Source: a virus (taxonomy: Duplodnaviria; Caudoviricetes). Taken from it: 64,000 nt of DNA. Position 1 is the first letter of the stretch. The number at the start of each line of letters is the position of its first letter. The stretch lies in IMG/VR virus record IMGVR_UViG_3300027286_000002; one strand, written 5' to 3'. This document shows positions 39,111 to 47,991 of this stretch, in pieces. The notes below the pieces were generated by a model. It had not been told where the DNA came from. It did not search any database and saw only the letters and a list, made by a program, of their open reading frames with translations. The translations under genes and the position numbers were made by a program.

Positions 39111-40463
39111 ATGAGTGTCGCATTTAAACGAAGTCAAACACTTACTCGTGGTGATCTTGATATATTCTTAACTAATGCTAGTGGAAATGTTGCCAATGCC
39201 TCGTCTATTACTTATGCTATCTTTTTTGTAGATAATATGGTTGATGTTCTTATTGGTGATCCTGCTCGCATACCTGAAAATCCAGCTGTTGGTGAATACT
39301 ATGCCTCTCTTAGAATACCAGCTACTGCATCTTATGGTACATATAGAATAAAATGGACGATTAAAGAACTTGTTAATAGTCCTGAACAAACTGTCATTCA
39401 AGAATTTGGTGTTGTCAGTGAAACTACAATAGTAGGAAATTCATTTTCTACTAATGAAAGAATAATGGTAGATAAACTAAGATTGCTACTCCGTGATCAG
39501 TGTATTGGTGGTGAAGAGAAAATCTTATTAGATGTCAATGGTGAAAAAGTAATTATTACTTTAGAAGAACTTTATGATCTAATAGATAAAGAAAATGATA
39601 GTATTATCAAAGAATCTTTTAAAGAAGGTACTTTGAAAATCCAATCTATGGATAAAGAAGGCAATTTGTCTTGGCAAAAGATTGAGAAAGCACATAAAAA
39701 TGAAACATCATGGGAATCTATCTATTCTATTGAAACTGAATTAGGTAGTATGATTCTCACAGGTGGTCATAGAGTATATACAGATATTGATTATGCTGTT
39801 GAAGTAGAAGATTTAAAAGAAGGTGATTCTGTTTATTCTCTACAAGGCAAAGTTAAGATATTAGCTATCTCTCAAATAGATAATAGAGAGCATATGTATG
39901 ATCTCACAGTAGAAAATAATCACAATCTCTTTTTATTTGATAGTAAAATACTTGTCCATAACTGTCCTGATAAATTTTATCATTTTAGACCACCTGAAGC
40001 TGAAGCTAATGTTGGTCAATATAATAGAGTATTTGGTCAAGTATGGGAAGATGTAGAGTTATTAGAATATATTGAAAGAGCATTAGATTGGTGGAATATG
40101 ATGCCACCTGAAACTGATGGTGCATATAAAAATATTGATGTTCTTTGTAATCAGAAACCTGCATGGCGAACTGCAATCTTTCAAGGTGCTATTCAGTTTG
40201 CGGCGATGGCATTACAAGCGAATTGGATTGTAGATGAATTTGATTATTCCATAGGTGGCATTTCATTAAATATTGATAAATCCTCTAAATATGAAGGTTT
40301 AAGATCCGCCGCTGAAAGTCAATGGCAAACTGCTACTGAAATGAAAGCTAGAACTACCAAAATCATTCGTGGTTTACAACAACCTAAATATGGTGTTGGT
40401 ATCAGATCAGCTTTTGGTCCCCATGTTGGTCGTGGTGTCCTCTCTCCACGAAACTTTTTATAA
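39111..40463 (+). CDS. Putative head-tail adaptor/neck protein interrupted by a mini-intein
   Basis: Ig-like N-terminal domain. LRLLLRD / W-x-D-x-ELL-x-YI..AL..WN..PP-x-T / DEFDYSIGGISL-x-ID pattern of head-completion proteins (inference). Confidence 0.65.
   Translation: MSVAFKRSQTLTRGDLDIFLTNASGNVANASSITYAIFFVDNMVDVLIGDPARIPENPAVGEYYASLRIPATASYGTYRIKWTIKELVNSPEQTVIQEFGVVSETTIVGNSFSTNERIMVDKLRLLLRDQCIGGEEKILLDVNGEKVIITLEELYDLIDKENDSIIKESFKEGTLKIQSMDKEGNLSWQKIEKAHKNETSWESIYSIETELGSMILTGGHRVYTDIDYAVEVEDLKEGDSVYSLQGKVKILAISQIDNREHMYDLTVENNHNLFLFDSKILVHNCPDKFYHFRPPEAEANVGQYNRVFGQVWEDVELLEYIERALDWWNMMPPETDGAYKNIDVLCNQKPAWRTAIFQGAIQFAAMALQANWIVDEFDYSIGGISLNIDKSSKYEGLRSAAESQWQTATEMKARTTKIIRGLQQPKYGVGIRSAFGPHVGRGVLSPRNFL
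39501..39962 (+). mobile_element. Mini-intein (154 aa, no homing endonuclease)
   Basis: Block A CIGGEEKI, block B LTGGHRV (TxxH), block F MYDLTVENNHN, block G LVHN followed by Cys+1. Confidence 0.93.
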
Positions 40464-40480
40464 TAAAGATAGAATAGAAA

Positions 40481-40795
40481 ATGACAGAAAAACAAAACGA
40501 ACAAATGAGAAAATGGATCAGTTGGGCAATGAAAGGCTTATCTGCTAGTGTATTGCCCCTTATCTATTGGCTTAATGAAATAAGTGTTGATAATGCAGTG
40601 CTTGAAAACCAAGTAATCAACATACAGAACAAAATAAATCAGATAGAATATCAAGTCTATGAAGTCAAAAAAGATGTTGTTAATGATAAAGTTATGGATG
40701 CTCGTACAGAACAAGCATTAAAAGATATTGAGAAAGACATTAACAGCATCGAAAAAAACTTGAATGAGATCCAAAAGATCTTAATTGAAAAGTGA
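40481..40795 (+). CDS. TM plus coiled-coil protein, holin/XhlA-like
   Basis: N-terminal hydrophobic helix followed by heptad repeats. Confidence 0.45.
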   Translation: MTEKQNEQMRKWISWAMKGLSASVLPLIYWLNEISVDNAVLENQVINIQNKINQIEYQVYEVKKDVVNDKVMDARTEQALKDIEKDINSIEKNLNEIQKILIEK

Positions 40796-40805
40796 GTTTT
40801 AAAAA

Positions 40806-41102
40806 ATGAAAGTTTATGCTTTAGCTATTCTGTTTACTTCTGTTTTCTTTCTTATATCGGGTACAGATGATTTCTTTAAACACAAAAAATTAGAAATGAC
40901 TACCATCCGTGCAAAAGAAATAAAGATGGTCGAAATACCTCCACCATCACCTTTAGTTATTAAAGAAGATATAAAATTTAATGATCTTAAAAAGAAAACA
41001 GATTGTATAAATAATAAGTCTAAAGACATCTTACTTAAACTTAAACTTAAAAAGGCAGTTCAAAATGCAAAGCACTACAAAACAGATCGGGACACTCTCT
41101 GA
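40806..41102 (+). CDS. N-anchored membrane protein
   Basis: MKVYALAILFTSVFFLISG, then a basic soluble domain. Confidence 0.5.
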   Translation: MKVYALAILFTSVFFLISGTDDFFKHKKLEMTTIRAKEIKMVEIPPPSPLVIKEDIKFNDLKKKTDCINNKSKDILLKLKLKKAVQNAKHYKTDRDTL

Positions 41103-41328
41103 ACAACAAATCCAAAAGTTTGCAGAATTAAAGCAAACTGCTATCCAGCTTGTTAATCAGTTAGGCTCTCTTGAACTTAAAAAACATAACATCATTGAAA
41201 CTCTCAATAAGAATGAGAATGAAGCTCAAAACCTTTTAAGCCAAATTAAATTTAAATTTGATTTGAAAGAAGATCAAGTTTTCCAAATCTTAGATGATGG
41301 CAAGGTAATTGTTAAGGTTGAAGAATAA
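41065..41328 (+). CDS. Small coiled-coil protein
   Basis: Gln/Leu heptad pattern. Confidence 0.55.
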   Translation: MQSTTKQIGTLSEQQIQKFAELKQTAIQLVNQLGSLELKKHNIIETLNKNENEAQNLLSQIKFKFDLKEDQVFQILDDGKVIVKVEE

Positions 41329-42001
41329 TCTCAAAGGTATAATAATCTGTATTGTTATCTTCTATCCATCTTAAATGATTTAATCCTGTTGCTTTCTCAA
41401 AGCTATCTATATACCTTTCATCTACACGAACACGAATTTGATCTTTATCCATAAATGACAATAAATCTGTATTCCACTGTGCAGGCTGTAAATCATCATT
41501 GCTCTTATCTATATAAGCATGATGCTCTTTTAAACACTTAAACAAAGTATTCTTATCACAATTTACTACCTGCTCAAATGGTCTTTCATAAAGCATTGTT
41601 GGTCTTACATCTTTAAGATATGCCATGATATGATCATAAGCAATTGGATAATCTTTCTTTTTTAAAACCTTATAGAATTTCTGAATAAAGTCTTTTTGCA
41701 TACTGCTCAATAGCAATTCTTTTGCCATATCTATCCTTTCATATTTAAATGCACAAGCTGTAAAGAAAAGTATTTCCCTTTGGCTTATGGTTTCTAATGA
41801 TAATATCTGTTCTCTTGTTAAAGCATCCGTAGGATAAAACACATAAGTAGTCGCTTTCTGTGTTCTAAAGAAATCTACCTGTGTATTTGCCATATCTAAT
41901 GAAAATGCAAAGTAATCTGATTTCATAGGTGGCAACTTTTCACTAGCTGGTATAATATGTACTAGATACATACTTTTATATGTGATTAGCTTTTTGATCA
42001 T
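41312..42001 (-). CDS. Hypothetical protein
   Basis: 229-aa ORF. Confidence 0.6.
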   Translation of the reverse strand: MIKKLITYKSMYLVHIIPASEKLPPMKSDYFAFSLDMANTQVDFFRTQKATTYVFYPTDALTREQILSLETISQREILFFTACAFKYERIDMAKELLLSSMQKDFIQKFYKVLKKKDYPIAYDHIMAYLKDVRPTMLYERPFEQVVNCDKNTLFKCLKEHHAYIDKSNDDLQPAQWNTDLLSFMDKDQIRVRVDERYIDSFEKATGLNHLRWIEDNNTDYYTFEIILQP

Positions 42002-42089
42002 ATCTTTTCCTTGTTTATTTATCTTATCTTATATTTTATTTATATCTTTTTTCCTTGATATGAAACACTTAAACGAAAAGGTAAACATT

Positions 42090-42530
42090 ATGTCTTTACA
42101 TGATTTAAAAACACGATTGGCATCTGTACAAAGAATTGCTTTAATCAAAACTCAAGTTGGCGATATTGTGAGTTTTACTGATGACCCTAAACTTTGGTAC
42201 TTTAATCTTTTTATTAAAAGTTTAGTCAAAAGACTTATTCAAAAGAAAATTGCAGATCATCTTATTTATGTAGATGATAAAAAAAACCATATCTTAACTG
42301 TAAAGAACCTTGCACATGAAGATGGTGATCCTCAATTAGTTATTGAATTTGTGCATTCTAAAAAAGGCAAACTTTGGGAAACTGCTCTTAAATATAGAAC
42401 AAGAGGTACAGAAAAGAATATCAAAGGTGAAATTACTATTAAAGATCAAGAAAAGTTAAATGATGAATCTGTAGATGAAATCTCTAAACTTGTTAAAGAA
42501 TTTGTTAAGCTAGAACCACTAAAAGATTAA
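42090..42530 (+). CDS. Hypothetical protein with N-terminal RLAS motif
   Basis: Start moved to MSLHDLKTRLASVQRIA. Confidence 0.6.
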   Translation: MSLHDLKTRLASVQRIALIKTQVGDIVSFTDDPKLWYFNLFIKSLVKRLIQKKIADHLIYVDDKKNHILTVKNLAHEDGDPQLVIEFVHSKKGKLWETALKYRTRGTEKNIKGEITIKDQEKLNDESVDEISKLVKEFVKLEPLKD

Positions 42531-43592
42531 TTAAAGGATTGCAATACATCCACGATTTTCACCATAAGTATATCCTATCTTCTTAACACCTGTGTAATTT
42601 TGAATCCTTTTTAATAAACTTACTAATGGTTCTACACTACCATTCCACAATTCTTTAATTTCCCAAAAATCTTCTGCTGTTCTAATCTTTAAAACACCTA
42701 CCTGCACAGGTATATCTGTCTTTGTAATAATAAGTGTATCTACACCATTTACTTGTATTGCCTCTTTTAATAAATCTAAATCCAACCAACCTATCTTTCT
42801 AGGTCTACCTGTTGTTGCTCCATATTCTTTACCTACAGATCTATATTTCTCCGATAACTCTTCATCTAGTTCTTCAAACTCACCTGTACCTACTTTGGTT
42901 TCATAGATTTTAGCTACACCTATTACTTCATCTATTTGTTTATGACTTAAACGAGTAGAATAAAAGACTGCACCAATGGTTGTGCATGATGAAGTAACAT
43001 TGGGATATTCTTCACCCCATACATCTAGTCGATAACCTTGACAGCCTTCTAATAAAAGATCCATTGTAGATAAATGGTCTTGTAGAAACTTTTCTGCATC
43101 ACCTATATAATCTTTTAAAAGAACTGCATCTTCTGTGTAATCAAAAGATTGAAGCCAAGCATTAATATTCATGGCATCTCTTGCATAAAAATCTCTTAAA
43201 GCGGGACCAATACCTTTTGCAGTCGTACCTAACTTCGATTGGTATTTGGCTTTATCCTCTGCAATATGCCATGACATGACTACAGGACAATAAGGCGAAA
43301 TAATAAGAGATCCTTTCTGAACATTAAATTGTTTGATCTCTTCTACAAGCTGAATAGGATCTACCACTGTTGCTCTTGTAATAACATTAATAGCATTTGG
43401 ATTTAGAACACCACTAGGTAATAGATGCACTACAGACTTATTACCTTTTTCATCATAAATAGTATGTCCTGCATTTGCACCACCTTGAAAACGAACAACA
43501 ACAGGTTTATCTGCTTTAAAGCACAGATCATCTACAATCCTGCCTTTACCTTCATCACCATTTTGTAAACCTAGAATAACTTTGACTGCCAT
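42531..43592 (-). CDS. purA: Adenylosuccinate synthetase (compact form)
   Basis: GDEGKG, RFQGGANAGHT, HLLPSG, GTT.KGIGP, EGCQG..LD, YPNVTSS, EYGATTGRPR.IGWLD, TKTD. Confidence 0.93.
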   Translation of the reverse strand: MAVKVILGLQNGDEGKGRIVDDLCFKADKPVVVRFQGGANAGHTIYDEKGNKSVVHLLPSGVLNPNAINVITRATVVDPIQLVEEIKQFNVQKGSLIISPYCPVVMSWHIAEDKAKYQSKLGTTAKGIGPALRDFYARDAMNINAWLQSFDYTEDAVLLKDYIGDAEKFLQDHLSTMDLLLEGCQGYRLDVWGEEYPNVTSSCTTIGAVFYSTRLSHKQIDEVIGVAKIYETKVGTGEFEELDEELSEKYRSVGKEYGATTGRPRKIGWLDLDLLKEAIQVNGVDTLIITKTDIPVQVGVLKIRTAEDFWEIKELWNGSVEPLVSLLKRIQNYTGVKKIGYTYGENRGCIAIL

Positions 43593-43662
43593 CTTTTTAA
43601 CCTTTTCTTTTGTAGGTAGAGAATATATTAATACTATACATAAATCATCAAAGAGTTTTGTA

Positions 43663-43671
43663 TGCTATAAT
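43663..43671 (+). promoter_or_regulatory. Extended -10 element (TGnTATAAT)
   Basis: TGCTATAAT about 40 nt upstream of 43710. No good -35. Confidence 0.35.
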
Positions 43672-43709
43672 AAGGTAACTCAACCTTCATCATGTAAAAG
43701 AGAAAAAGT

Positions 43710-43955
43710 ATGATTTTACTCACATTGTTAAATTTAGTCCTTCTTATATACTTTACACCTGCTGTGACAAAAGACTTAATGGAACAGCAAGATCCACCTG
43801 TATCAAAAAGATATAGACAAGTTACAGTATATATTTGGTATGCTTTAGTACCTACTCTTACTTATGCTTTTCAAGATTACTCGGCAATCCTCACTGCCAC
43901 CATTTTTTGGTTTTGGTTGCAAGCCATTTCATATCCTACAAAGGATAATCCATGA
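43710..43955 (+). CDS. Small multi-TM membrane protein
   Basis: Three hydrophobic segments. Confidence 0.55.
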   Translation: MILLTLLNLVLLIYFTPAVTKDLMEQQDPPVSKRYRQVTVYIWYALVPTLTYAFQDYSAILTATIFWFWLQAISYPTKDNP

Positions 43956-44461
43956 TTCAAGTTATTAAACCTGATAGTGAAGATCAAAAAGCAATCTTTC
44001 CAAACAGAACTATCTTTTTAGCTGGCAGTATTGAAATGGGATCTGCTGTAGATTGGCAAAGAGAAGTTGAAGAAGTCTTTGACAAAGAAATCTTTAAGAC
44101 AGATGGCTGTACTGTTTATAATCCTAGACGAATTAATTGGGATAGTTCATGGAAGCAATCTATTGAAAATGAACAGTTCAAATATCAAGTCGAATGGGAA
44201 TTAAATAAGCTGTATGAATGTGGTCTTATTCTTATGTATTTAGATGAGAATACCAAATCACCTATCAGCCTGCTAGAATTAGGTTTATATGCACAAGACA
44301 CTAAATTACTTGTGATCTGTGGTGAAAACTTTTGGCGAAGAGGAAATGTAGAAGTCACTTGTGATTTTTATGAAGTACCTTTACTTATACACAATCCAAG
44401 AGAAAAGAGTTTAAGCACACTCTTAATTGAGAAATCTAATAAAATTCTGCTTGGTATTTAA
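43952..44461 (+). CDS. Nucleoside 2-deoxyribosyltransferase-like protein
   Basis: IFLAGSI, W-Q, VYNPRR, QVEWEL, SPISLLELGL. Confidence 0.85.
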   Translation: MIQVIKPDSEDQKAIFPNRTIFLAGSIEMGSAVDWQREVEEVFDKEIFKTDGCTVYNPRRINWDSSWKQSIENEQFKYQVEWELNKLYECGLILMYLDENTKSPISLLELGLYAQDTKLLVICGENFWRRGNVEVTCDFYEVPLLIHNPREKSLSTLLIEKSNKILLGI

Positions 44462-44810
44462 TCACAAGTTCTTTTAATTTTTCCCATGTGAAATCATGAT
44501 TTTCAATATCCTTATAATCTAAATAAGAATCTTCATCTTCTTTATAGGATGATGCCAAACAAGACACTTGCATTGTATTCTTATCAAGATCACATAAAAT
44601 ACATACCTGCTTAGGCATACCTTCCACTACAAGGTCTTGACCAAAGTTTATGTGGATGCCAAAGACAGGTAAGTCATTATATAGACTTGAATCTTCTAAC
44701 ATAACATTTGTATATCCCAAATCTTCAACAAAACAATGCAAATAAATTTGTAGTTCTTCTTGTGAAGTGGTGGTTGGTAAATCAAATAAGAATCTAAACT
44801 GCTCTTGCAT
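44436..44810 (-). CDS. Hypothetical protein
   Basis: ORF in the minus-strand small-gene cluster. Confidence 0.55.
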   Translation of the reverse strand: MQEQFRFLFDLPTTTSQEELQIYLHCFVEDLGYTNVMLEDSSLYNDLPVFGIHINFGQDLVVEGMPKQVCILCDLDKNTMQVSCLASSYKEDEDSYLDYKDIENHDFTWEKLKELVIKYQAEFY

Positions 44811-44815
44811 TTTTA

Positions 44816-44947
44816 TTATTTCCCTTCTTCTGTTTGGTTTTCTTCTTCTGCAATTTCATCTAAAATTGCTCTTTTTTCTTCTTCTGTAAGACAATCATTT
44901 GATGAGTAAAACTCTTCACAAGTCATGGTGCATAAAAAATCATCCAT
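44816..44947 (-). CDS. Small acidic hypothetical protein
   Basis: Start moved to MDDFL, after SD AAAGGT. Confidence 0.45.
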   Translation of the reverse strand: MDDFLCTMTCEEFYSSNDCLTEEEKRAILDEIAEEENQTEEGK

Positions 44948-44948
44948 T

Positions 44949-45140
44949 TTATCTATTACCTTTCTTTTCATAAAGTGCTGAGATAGTTCTGTCATCCCAA
45001 GCATTTGCAAACTTGGTTTGTGGTTTAATACCTAAAGTCAAAAGATCAGTATCTTTGAAAGACAATGCTCTTTTATTTGCTGTGGTTTTTGGTGTTTTGA
45101 AGATTTTGCCAACAGGCACATTTCTTACTGTTCTTGACAT
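44949..45140 (-). CDS. Small basic hypothetical protein
   Basis: MSRT.R...PKT...AWDD. SD GAAAGGA. Confidence 0.6.
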   Translation of the reverse strand: MSRTVRNVPVGKIFKTPKTTANKRALSFKDTDLLTLGIKPQTKFANAWDDRTISALYEKKGNR

Positions 45141-45170
45141 TTTGTCATTTCCTTTCTTTGGTAATAGATA

Positions 45171-45201
45171 AACACTTATCTTTAAAGTTTATTGCAAGTT
45201 C
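45171..45201 (-). promoter_or_regulatory. Conserved bipartite motif copy 3
   Basis: GAACTTGCAATAAACTTTAAAGATAAGTGTT on the minus strand. Confidence 0.6.
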
Positions 45202-45204
45202 GCA

Positions 45205-45543
45205 TTAAAAATCTTCATCTTCTGCTTCAGATAATTCTTTGTAATACTCATCTTCCATTCTACGAAACTCAATCCTTTCTGCTATGAGTAAGGAAATCCT
45301 TTCAATTAAGGATTTGAGATTGTAGTGATGAACCTCAAAAATCATTTCTTCATCGTATCCGATATCATAATGAAATCTGCTTTCAGATACACTTGCATAC
45401 TCACTTGTGATAAACAATGAAAATGCCATGTTGTTCTTTTCTACTGTTGCATAGACTTCATCATCTACACTGCTATTAATGGTGGTGGTGATTTGGTGTG
45501 TTGCAAGAACATCTGCTACAATTTTAACGATTGAGTTAATCAT
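45205..45543 (-). CDS. Hypothetical protein
   Basis: ORF with SD AAAGGAG. Confidence 0.6.
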   Translation of the reverse strand: MINSIVKIVADVLATHQITTTINSSVDDEVYATVEKNNMAFSLFITSEYASVSESRFHYDIGYDEEMIFEVHHYNLKSLIERISLLIAERIEFRRMEDEYYKELSEAEDEDF

Positions 45544-45584
45544 TTTTTTACTCCTTTGATGAGTTGGTTTATTGATACTATCTA

Positions 45585-45615
45585 AACACTTTGCATAAGA
45601 TATTATTGCAAGTTC
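45585..45615 (-). promoter_or_regulatory. Conserved bipartite motif copy 4
   Basis: GAACTTGCAATAATATCTTATGCAAAGTGTT on the minus strand. Confidence 0.6.
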
Positions 45616-45671
45616 ACTTAATCTTTTATTAAAAATTTTATTGTATCCCTTACTTTGAAAGTTGAGTTCCT

Positions 45672-46361
45672 ATGAAAATTTTAGGTATCAGTACCACTAC
45701 ACATTCACCTGTACCTGAACATCCTGAACCATCTGCATCTTTTACTACATTAGAAACTTTAATTAAGATTTTAGATCAGTATGGACATGATACTCAAATT
45801 CTTGATGCTAATAAACTTCATATCATTAAAAACCTGTCTTGCTATTCCACAGATAAAAAGAATTGTGGATCTCTTGATGCTGGCAAATATAGATGTTGGG
45901 CAACTCATCTTTCTCATGAAAATCCTGATGAGTATGGTGGCAAAGACGAAATGACTTATATTTATGATGGTATTGAATGGGCTGATGTTATTCTTATCTC
46001 TACTTCTGTTAGATGGATGAGTCATAGTGCTTTACTACAAACTATTATTGAAAGACTTAATGTGATTGAAAATAGGCATAGTGTTTATGAAGAACCTAAT
46101 CTTGTTGCGAATAAAAAAGTAGGTTTTATTGTCATTGGACAGCATTATCAATCTCAACAGGTATCTAGTCATTTAATAGAAGTGTTTAGTCAATTAGGAT
46201 TTATTACAGATAGTAGAGATGGATCATTTACTTGGCAAAGAACTGTTAATAGAAATTTAGAACAGGATGGAAGTAATCGTCCACATATTATAAGTTATCT
46301 TGCCACTGCTGAAGGTACAGACCAACTTAATAACTTTATCAATTGGATTGAAAGGTTTTAA
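45672..46361 (+). CDS. NAD(P)H-dependent FMN reductase / flavodoxin-fold protein
   Basis: MKILGIS, D-x-M..IY..I..AD.I...T.V.W, L...IERL, KKVGFIVIG. Confidence 0.82.
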   Translation: MKILGISTTTHSPVPEHPEPSASFTTLETLIKILDQYGHDTQILDANKLHIIKNLSCYSTDKKNCGSLDAGKYRCWATHLSHENPDEYGGKDEMTYIYDGIEWADVILISTSVRWMSHSALLQTIIERLNVIENRHSVYEEPNLVANKKVGFIVIGQHYQSQQVSSHLIEVFSQLGFITDSRDGSFTWQRTVNRNLEQDGSNRPHIISYLATAEGTDQLNNFINWIERF

Positions 46362-46363
46362 AA

Positions 46364-47071
46364 ATGAAAGCATTAAATTTAAGTCTATCTGAAATCAGAT
46401 CTTTTTTAGAAAAGAAATATGGTAAAACAGCTTTAAAAAAAGGTGTTTATTTTGATATGGATATGTATTGGGAAAGATATAATATTGAAATACCTTTAAA
46501 TGAAGATAGGATCATTATAGTCGAAATCATAGGTATAGATGAAAATAATTTACAAAACTTTAAAGGCTGGAAAGATAGTCTAGCAACAAAAGTTCAAGAT
46601 CAAGATAAAGAAGGACTTCATTTAGCATTAAGTAAAGAAGTAGATCTTTCTACAAATTGGAAAGACAATTTACTTAAAGCTATCAATGCAGTTCAATCTG
46701 AAGTTGCTTTAAAATCTAAAGAGAAAGTAAATGCAGATAAGTTATTAAAAGATCTTAGATCTACACCTATGTTTAACTTTGATCCTTTTTTAAAATCTTT
46801 AGAAAAGTATTTACTTGCACATGATACTTTAACACCTGCTCAACAGCAGGCATTTAATAAAGTTAAATGGCGATATACACCTCGAATTGCTTTAAACAAA
46901 AAACAAATTGATTTTCTTAAAGCAATGAATACTTTACCTACAAATGAAATGGATACAAATGAAATTGAAACCATTTCTAAAATGTATGCAAAGGCTTGTG
47001 CAGGCACTACTTGGAATGATAATGAAAGAAATGAAGTTGCCTTTATTATGAAAAAGTATATTGCATTATGA
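46364..47071 (+). CDS. Hypothetical protein; C-terminal half paralogous to 17812
   Basis: PFLKSL...LTPAQQQA and KACAGTTWNDNERNEV...KKY. Confidence 0.65.
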   Translation: MKALNLSLSEIRSFLEKKYGKTALKKGVYFDMDMYWERYNIEIPLNEDRIIIVEIIGIDENNLQNFKGWKDSLATKVQDQDKEGLHLALSKEVDLSTNWKDNLLKAINAVQSEVALKSKEKVNADKLLKDLRSTPMFNFDPFLKSLEKYLLAHDTLTPAQQQAFNKVKWRYTPRIALNKKQIDFLKAMNTLPTNEMDTNEIETISKMYAKACAGTTWNDNERNEVAFIMKKYIAL

Positions 47072-47322
47072 TTTATGATTTTTTAGAAGAGATAGGTTTT
47101 ATCCCTGTGTCTTATTGCATTATATATAGGAAAGACAATATTGAGATCATCTTTAATAATGAAATCAATATTGATGTTTACATAGATGAGATACATACCA
47201 AATATAAGATTAGAAATAACAATGAAGTAGAAAAGATACAGAATGGTGTTCTACTTGAAGTCTTGCCTAATATCTATGATGAACTTAAACATATTTATGA
47301 TACACATATTGTGCATAAATAA
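47068..47322 (+). CDS. Hypothetical protein
   Basis: ATGA coupling. Confidence 0.5.
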   Translation: MIYDFLEEIGFIPVSYCIIYRKDNIEIIFNNEINIDVYIDEIHTKYKIRNNNEVEKIQNGVLLEVLPNIYDELKHIYDTHIVHK

Positions 47323-47412
47323 AGACAGGCACTAAGACATAAGGATTTTCAGAAAAGAATATAAGTGTAATACCTATTAAGATTAGGCATAAGATCATAT
47401 GTAGATAGATAT

Positions 47413-47568
47413 TCATTTTGTATAGCAATTCTTATATGGTCTACAACTAGCTTTCTCACTAAATCCCATTTCATCACAGGATTTAGACATACAATGTTTT
47501 TTATCCCATTTTCTAGGCATATCGAATTTGACTTTAGCTAGTCTTATTTTTAAATTCTCTATATTCAT
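47413..47568 (-). CDS. Small Cys-rich protein
   Basis: MNIENLKIRLAK...KWDKKHC...C..MGFSEKASC...C. The longer track ORF runs through tRNA-Glu. Confidence 0.55.
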   Translation of the reverse strand: MNIENLKIRLAKVKFDMPRKWDKKHCMSKSCDEMGFSEKASCRPYKNCYTK

Positions 47569-47573
47569 TTTAA

Positions 47574-47647
47574 TGCTCCTAACGAGATTTGAACTCGTGT
47601 TACTGCCTTGAAAGGGCAATGTCCTTACCTGACTAGACGATAGGAAC
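47574..47647 (-). tRNA. tRNA-Glu(TTC)
   Basis: Cloverleaf: acceptor GTTCCTA/TAGGAGC, anticodon arm TTGCC-CTTTCAA-GGCAG, T arm ACGAG-TTCAAAT-CTCGT. CCA not encoded. Confidence 0.93.
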
Positions 47648-47772
47648 TTATCTTTAAGTGCATATAGGTTTTTAATCCACATCCACTTAAAAACTTTTCA
47701 ACCAAACCCTAATAGATAACCTACAGGATTATGTTTGTTATACTCATTTCTTTTTCATCATGCAATATAAAA

Positions 47773-47916
47773 TTACATAATGTTTTCAATTTCTTTTTTC
47801 TCTACACGATTTAAAGGTTTTGGACTGCTTTTAGTATAGATCGCAACTAATAAACTTAAAACAATAATTGTAATTGCTGTGTAATTTGCTAGCTTTGAGA
47901 TTTGTGTGTTTGTCAT
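47773..47916 (-). CDS. Small single-TM protein (47 aa)
   Basis: MTNTQISKLANYTAITIIVLSLLVAIYTKS... with SD AAAGGA. Confidence 0.5.
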   Translation of the reverse strand: MTNTQISKLANYTAITIIVLSLLVAIYTKSSPKPLNRVEKKEIENIM

Positions 47917-47991
47917 TTTTTATGATCCTTTGGATTTGATTGGAAGGTATCTTTATTTATGACATAGTATTTTTAGTTATGCAAATATAAA

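Noticed and set aside
42531-43592. PurZ / 2-aminoadenine (Z) genome pathway
   Set aside because: The catalytic Asp of GDEGKG is retained (PurZ has Ser) and the GTP-specifying TKxD is intact. No DatZ/MazZ-like gene recognised in the window.
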